A stretch of DNA of 64,000 nucleotides, from assembly GCA_963742885.1 (NCBI GenBank), contig CAVUNQ010000028.1:194902-258901 (forward strand). Reading direction: 5' to 3'. Below, one piece after another: positions 59,860 to 64,000 of this stretch (position 1 is its first letter; the number at the start of each line of letters is the position of its first letter). The translations under genes were made by a program, and so were the position numbers. Origin of the DNA: an uncultured Planctomycetota bacterium. GTDB taxonomy: Bacteria > Planctomycetota > Planctomycetia > Isosphaerales > Isosphaeraceae. Below the pieces are notes generated by a model that worked only from the letters and a program-made list of their open reading frames with translations, did no database searches and had not been told where the DNA came from.

Positions 59860-60702
59860 ATGGCCAAGCTCATCGTCAGGCGCCCCAGAGACAGATGGCC
59901 GGGATCCGCGTCCCGAATCTTCCATATCATGATCGACGGCAAATCTGCTGCCTCGATCGGCGCCGGTCAGAGCGTGGAAATCGACCTCACGCCCGGCCGG
60001 CATCTGGTGAGTGGCCGGATCTCCTTCATGGGCAGCCAACCGATCGAAATCGACGCCGACCCGGGAAATGTGCGTTCACTTGCCGTGAACTACGATCCCC
60101 GCAACAAGTGGATCGTCTCGCTTTCCCTGATCGTGCCCTGGCTCATTCTGATCGCTGTCCCCCTGTCGGAGATACTCCGCAGAGGGCCCGGGGCCGCGGA
60201 CGAAATGGGCTGGTGGTTGAATTTATGGCTACCGTTCACATGGTTGCCGATGTCGTTCAACCTCCTCTTCCTGAGGAACTATCGCCTCATCCTCGGTGAG
60301 ATCCCCGGCCCTGACCTCACGGACCGACAGGCCGCCAAATTCCTGGGGTCGCGACCGCTTCGGTTCCGGGTCACGGTCCGGCAATCCCTGATCGCGGTGG
60401 CGTTGCTGGCCATCCACCTGGGGATCGCGATCCATTTGACCCGGTCCGAAAGATCGGGCCATTTCGGGATCAGGGCGAAAATTCATGCGAGTTACGAGGA
60501 GAGCTGGCGAGAACTGGAGCGGTCCAATGTCCAGTTCGCGGTCGACTGGGAAAAAAGAGGGCTGGACGGGACCTTCTTCCGGAAGCATGCAACGGGGTAT
60601 GCCGCGAAGGCCGACTATCGCGGTGCGATGAGACGGAAGTACGAGGAGGCTGTCGCCCGTCATCTCTTCTTCGTCAAGCCCGACCCGCCCGAGCCCCCGT
60701 GA
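59860..60702 (+). CDS. Hypothetical membrane protein (N-terminal beta-rich domain + 3-4 TM helices)
   Basis: Start MAKLIVRRPRDRWPGSASRIFHIMIDGKSAASIGAGQSVEIDLTPGRHLVSGRISFMGSQPIEIDADPGNVRSL. Hydrophobic helices follow (WIVSLSLIVPWLILIAVPL; WWLNLWLPFTWLPMSFNLLFL; SLIAVALLAIHLGIAIHL). GC is lower. The ORF is intact. Confidence 0.45.
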   Translation: MAKLIVRRPRDRWPGSASRIFHIMIDGKSAASIGAGQSVEIDLTPGRHLVSGRISFMGSQPIEIDADPGNVRSLAVNYDPRNKWIVSLSLIVPWLILIAVPLSEILRRGPGAADEMGWWLNLWLPFTWLPMSFNLLFLRNYRLILGEIPGPDLTDRQAAKFLGSRPLRFRVTVRQSLIAVALLAIHLGIAIHLTRSERSGHFGIRAKIHASYEESWRELERSNVQFAVDWEKRGLDGTFFRKHATGYAAKADYRGAMRRKYEEAVARHLFFVKPDPPEPP

Positions 60703-60966
60703 CCATGATGAGTGCCCGGCGGGTTCCGATGATTCCGGTCGTGACGACGCGGCCGTCGATCGTCGCGCGCATTCGTGTAAAGATCGCCGAGTGCCCAGGC
60801 CGATCTGTAGAGCGAATCGAAGTCCTGGTCAGTAGCGCCAATGGTCTGGCCCGCTCGAGCTTTCCGGGTGGCATCTCCACGGATGGAGTGCGTAGCGTCC
60901 TGCCACGCACCTTCAATCCCGAAATCCCGACAACACGTGGCCGCCGTCGAACGAGGGAGATGCTCG

Positions 60967-62037
60967 ATGATGATACTCCGCCGAATGCGCCGCCGAACGG
61001 CTGCGTCCGCCCTGTCCATCGCCGCGGGGATGCTCTGCGCCTCGATCATTGCGAACCCGGTCCGGGCAACGGAGCCCACACCCATCTCGTGGCGAGATGA
61101 TTATGGCGGTGCCCTCGAGGAGGCCAAGGCCACCAACCGGCTGGTATGGATCCAGTTCACCGGCCCCTGGTGTCCCAACTGCATGCGGATGGAGCGCGAT
61201 TCGTTCCCGGACGCCGATGTCATCGACCATGCGCAACGGTCCTTCGTCCCGCTGAAGCTGCGTTCCGACGTGCACGAGCAGCTGGCCCTGGGGTTCAATC
61301 TCTCGGGGCTGCCGGCGACGGTGTTGGTCGCCCCCACCCGGGAGATCGTGGCGGTGCGCCAGGGCTATCTCGGCCCCGAAGAGCTCGAGCAGCTCCTGAG
61401 CCAGGGGCTGGCGGACTGGCGCGGCCGCGAAGCCACGGCCAAGGCCGCGGCAGAGACCAAGAAAGAGGCCGCGAGCCACCCCGAGGACGAAGCCCGGCTG
61501 GCGCTCTCCGGCTACTGTCCGGTCAGCCTGATCACCGACCACCGGCTGGTCCGCGGCCAGAGTGAGCACACCGTCCGGCATGAGGGCCACGTCTATCGCT
61601 TCGCCAGCGCCGACCTCAGCAGTCACTTCCGCAAGGACCCCGAGCGATTCATCCCGGTGAACCGCGGGAACTGCCCCGTGACGCAGGTGGATGACGGCGC
61701 CGCGAAGCCCGGCGATCCCAAGTGGGGCGTGCTCTTCCAGGGCCGGTTGTTCGTCTGCGCCAGCGACGAGGCCCGGCGCCGCTTCCTGGGCGATCCCCAG
61801 CGATACGCGATGGTTGACGTGGCCGAGCAGGGGTTCTGTCCGCACTGCCTGGGCGAGACCGGCCTCCTGGTCCGAGGCGACCCCAAGTGCGCGATCACGC
61901 GTGAGGGCCGCCGGTACTGGTTCCCCGACAACACCCATCGCGCGGCCTTCGTGGCCGCCAACCCCTCGGCAATGGCGAGCAGCACCGCGGCGGCGTCCGA
62001 CACGGCGAATGCTCCGGCCACCACGACCCGCCGCTGA
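60967..62037 (+). CDS. Thioredoxin-fold protein (WCPNC) fused to three YHS-like metal-binding repeats
   Basis: Signal peptide MMILRRMRRRTAASALSIAAGMLCASIIA, then VWIQFTGPWCPNCMRME (CxxC thioredoxin-like). Three ~45-aa repeats each start G-[YNF]-CP and contain a Y/W-x-F motif and DP-x-R-[FY] (GYCPVSL...HVYRFAS...DPERF; GNCPVTQ...RLFVCAS...DPQRY; GFCPHCL...RRYWFPD). They resemble the YHS/TRASH-type domains of copper-handling proteins. Confidence 0.55.
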   Translation: MMILRRMRRRTAASALSIAAGMLCASIIANPVRATEPTPISWRDDYGGALEEAKATNRLVWIQFTGPWCPNCMRMERDSFPDADVIDHAQRSFVPLKLRSDVHEQLALGFNLSGLPATVLVAPTREIVAVRQGYLGPEELEQLLSQGLADWRGREATAKAAAETKKEAASHPEDEARLALSGYCPVSLITDHRLVRGQSEHTVRHEGHVYRFASADLSSHFRKDPERFIPVNRGNCPVTQVDDGAAKPGDPKWGVLFQGRLFVCASDEARRRFLGDPQRYAMVDVAEQGFCPHCLGETGLLVRGDPKCAITREGRRYWFPDNTHRAAFVAANPSAMASSTAAASDTANAPATTTRR

Positions 62038-62105
62038 ATCGAGCCGTCCACGGCTTCGACACCACCGAGAGGCAGCGAAAGCCGGGAGCGGACCGCCCCC
62101 GGATT

Positions 62106-62209
62106 TTTGAACACGGAACGCACGGAGGACACGGAAACGGACCGGGGGATCGACCGATCGGTCCATACCCGAACTCTTTTCCGTGTCCTCCGTGCGTTCC
62201 GTGTTCAAA
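62106..62209. repeat. Perfect 32-bp inverted repeat (tttgaacacggaacgcacggaggacacggaaa / tttccgtgtcctccgtgcgttccgtgttcaaa) with a 39-nt spacer that itself contains the palindrome gaccgatcggtc
   Basis: Read directly: the left arm 62106-62137 and the right arm 62177-62209 (rightmost 32 nt) are exact reverse complements. A nested 12-bp palindrome sits at about 62150-62161. It lies within a ~680-nt gene-free interval (62038-62720). Confidence 0.9.
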
Positions 62210-62720
62210 TCATCCGTCCGACCGGATTGAGCTATTCGTCGTGCGCTTCCCCGTGATTCGTGGTTCATCCGTAAGCAGGGATGTCGCCGATCGCGACGAA
62301 AATGCGACTTGGTGGAGAGCCGGACTCGAGGTCGGTAGCGCGAACTCGGCCGGGCTCGTCGAAAACTCCGCTTGATGTCCCGGCGGCGAGTCTCTATCCT
62401 ATCGCCAGCCTGATGCCGGGATGCAACGGCAATGGAATGCGACCTCCATGAGGTATCAGGGCAAATGAAGTTGCCCCTCCCGAACCCAGCTTCTGCGGAG
62501 CGGTCCCGGACGGCGCCTCGACGCCCGCCGGACAGTCGCTCTTTCCTCGCCAGCCATTCCATTGCCCATCCGCGCCTTCCGGCGCCGTGCCCTCTCGCTT
62601 CCTCCGGATTTCCCACAGCGCACGCCGATGGTCCGCGACGCGACCGGGATGGTCGCCGTCGTCGCGGACAGATTACCGCCGGCGCGCGCCACGGCCTCTC
62701 GAGCTCAAGGAGTATCGCCC

Positions 62721-64000
62721 GATGACCGTTCGCTGGAAGCCCTTGATGATCCTCTCGGGTCTCTTCCTGGTCGTGGCCCTGGTCGGTGTCGTCACCATCA
62801 CGGTGGCGATGATGCCGCGATCCGCGCAGGGCATCCTCAAGGTCGCGCGGGCCGCCCGCGGGGCCGGCCGATTTCCGGATGCCGAGATCTACTACAAGCA
62901 GGCGCTCCAGATCGACTCCCGGAATGCCGCGATCCACGAGGACTTCGCCGGGATGTATCGCGACTGGATCCACAAGGCCGAGGCCGACAAGCGGACCGCC
63001 CTGCGTGCCGAGTGGCTCGACCACCTGATCCGCGCGGTCAGGTTCGACAAGTCCGCGCGGGGGCCGCGACGGGACCTCTTGCACGATGCCATGGATCAGG
63101 ATCTCGCGCCCGAGGCGATCTACTGGGCCAAGGAAGTGCTGAACGTCGCGCCCGACGACCTCGACGCCCATTACATCCTGGCCGCCGAGACGCTGGAGGA
63201 ACGCGCGCCGAACATCCCGGAGGTGAAGCGACATCTCGAGGTGCTGGAGAAGGGGAAGGCCCCGGCGATCCGTCGGCTGGGGATCCGCGCCCGGCTGGCC
63301 GAACTCGGCCATGACGGCGCGGCCCTGGCCCGGGCGCTCGCCGAGGCGCGGGCCCTGTCCCCGTCGCCCGCCGATGCGTCGGATGGCGTCAACCGATTCG
63401 CCCGGCTCCGCCTCACCGCGATGGAGATCCGAAATGAGGCCGGATGGCAGAAGCTCGACGAGCCGGTGAAGCGGCTCTGCGTGCAGGTCAAGGAGCTGGG
63501 GAAGCCCGAGGAACTGCCCCCGGCGCGGGTCGCGCGGTTGCGGCTGCTCCTGGAGCAGACCCAGCAGTCCCTGACGATGCTCTCGGCCAAGCTGCCGCCC
63601 GAGGGCAAGAAGGCCGTCGAGGGGCTGACGGACGCCATCGAGGTCCACCTGGAGGACGTGTTCCGCCAGGCCCTGGCCGACAACCGCAAGCCTGACATCC
63701 AGATGTACCTGTACTACGCATATCACCTGAGGCTTCGCCGGCAGCCCGACCGCTGCCTGGAGGTCGTCCATCGCGCCCTGAAATCGCCCCAGGCATCGCA
63801 GCGGGCGGCGATGCAGTACGTGCTGGCCATGCACCTGGTCGCCGTGGACATGATCCTCGCCAAGACCGACGACACCGCCCGGTTCGACAAGGCCCTGCCG
63901 CACGTCCAGGCCCTGCTCGACAGCACCGAGCCGCGATCCCAGGCGCTGGGCCACCTGCTCGCCGGCTCGATCGACCTGGACCGTTCGGGGGTGGCCCGCG
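62721..64000 (+). CDS. Membrane-anchored TPR-like helical-repeat protein (3' partial at window edge)
   Basis: Manual translation from ATG 62721 stays open to the window end: MTVRWKPLMILSGLFLVVALVGVVTITVAMM (TM anchor) followed by helical, TPR-like content (AEIYYKQALQIDSRNAAIHEDFAGMYRDW...). It is absent from the ORF track because no stop codon occurs in-window. The long minus-strand ORF 60913..63954 is its antisense shadow. Confidence 0.55.

Noticed and set aside
60913-63954. 1013-aa minus-strand ORF
   Set aside because: Its translation is low-complexity and Arg/Gly/Pro-rich. It is antisense to the thioredoxin-YHS gene and the 3'-partial TPR-like gene, and it spans the 32-bp inverted repeat. 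It is a typical high-GC shadow ORF.
1-64000. Searched for rRNA, CRISPR, IS transposase/integrase and phage structural genes
   Set aside because: No DDE/Tyr-recombinase-like translations, no rRNA-like conserved stretches and no regularly spaced repeats were seen. The window appears to be ordinary chromosome with scattered accessory genes.

Overview
This is a high-GC (about 70% by eye) bacterial chromosomal segment with a Planctomycetota-like gene repertoire. It carries the signature DUF1549/DUF1553 + DUF1501 pair, an S1 sulfatase, an ASPIC/UnbV FG-GAP lipoprotein, a PEP-CTERM protein with HAF-like repeats, two Ser/Thr kinases with a PP2C phosphatase, a GH5 enzyme and prenyltransferase-like repeats. 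No rRNA, tRNA, CRISPR array, transposase or integrase was found. The recognisable modules are: a HicA/HicB toxin-antitoxin pair; an nfeD-floA operon; an lhr helicase followed by a metallophosphoesterase (Lhr-MPE cluster), with a perfect 30-bp in-frame tandem repeat inside lhr; a kinase, PP2C, PIG-L deacetylase and CobL co-directional cluster; a MEMO1-family protein with an unusual N-terminal extension; and an ABC ATPase preceded by a large unknown membrane protein and lacking an adjacent permease. Two long perfect inverted repeats (23 bp and 32 bp) sit in intergenic regions. Several ORFs with visibly lower GC have no recognisable function. At least 15 genes show one to five frame shifts when their translations are followed across reading frames, while long neighbours (lhr at 4.6 kb, nfeD, the MFS transporter, the GH-like gene) are intact. 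These frame breaks are either indel errors clustered in G/C homopolymers or genuine pseudogenisation; the sequence alone cannot decide. All family assignments rest on motifs read from the translations and remembered family signatures. No database search was run.
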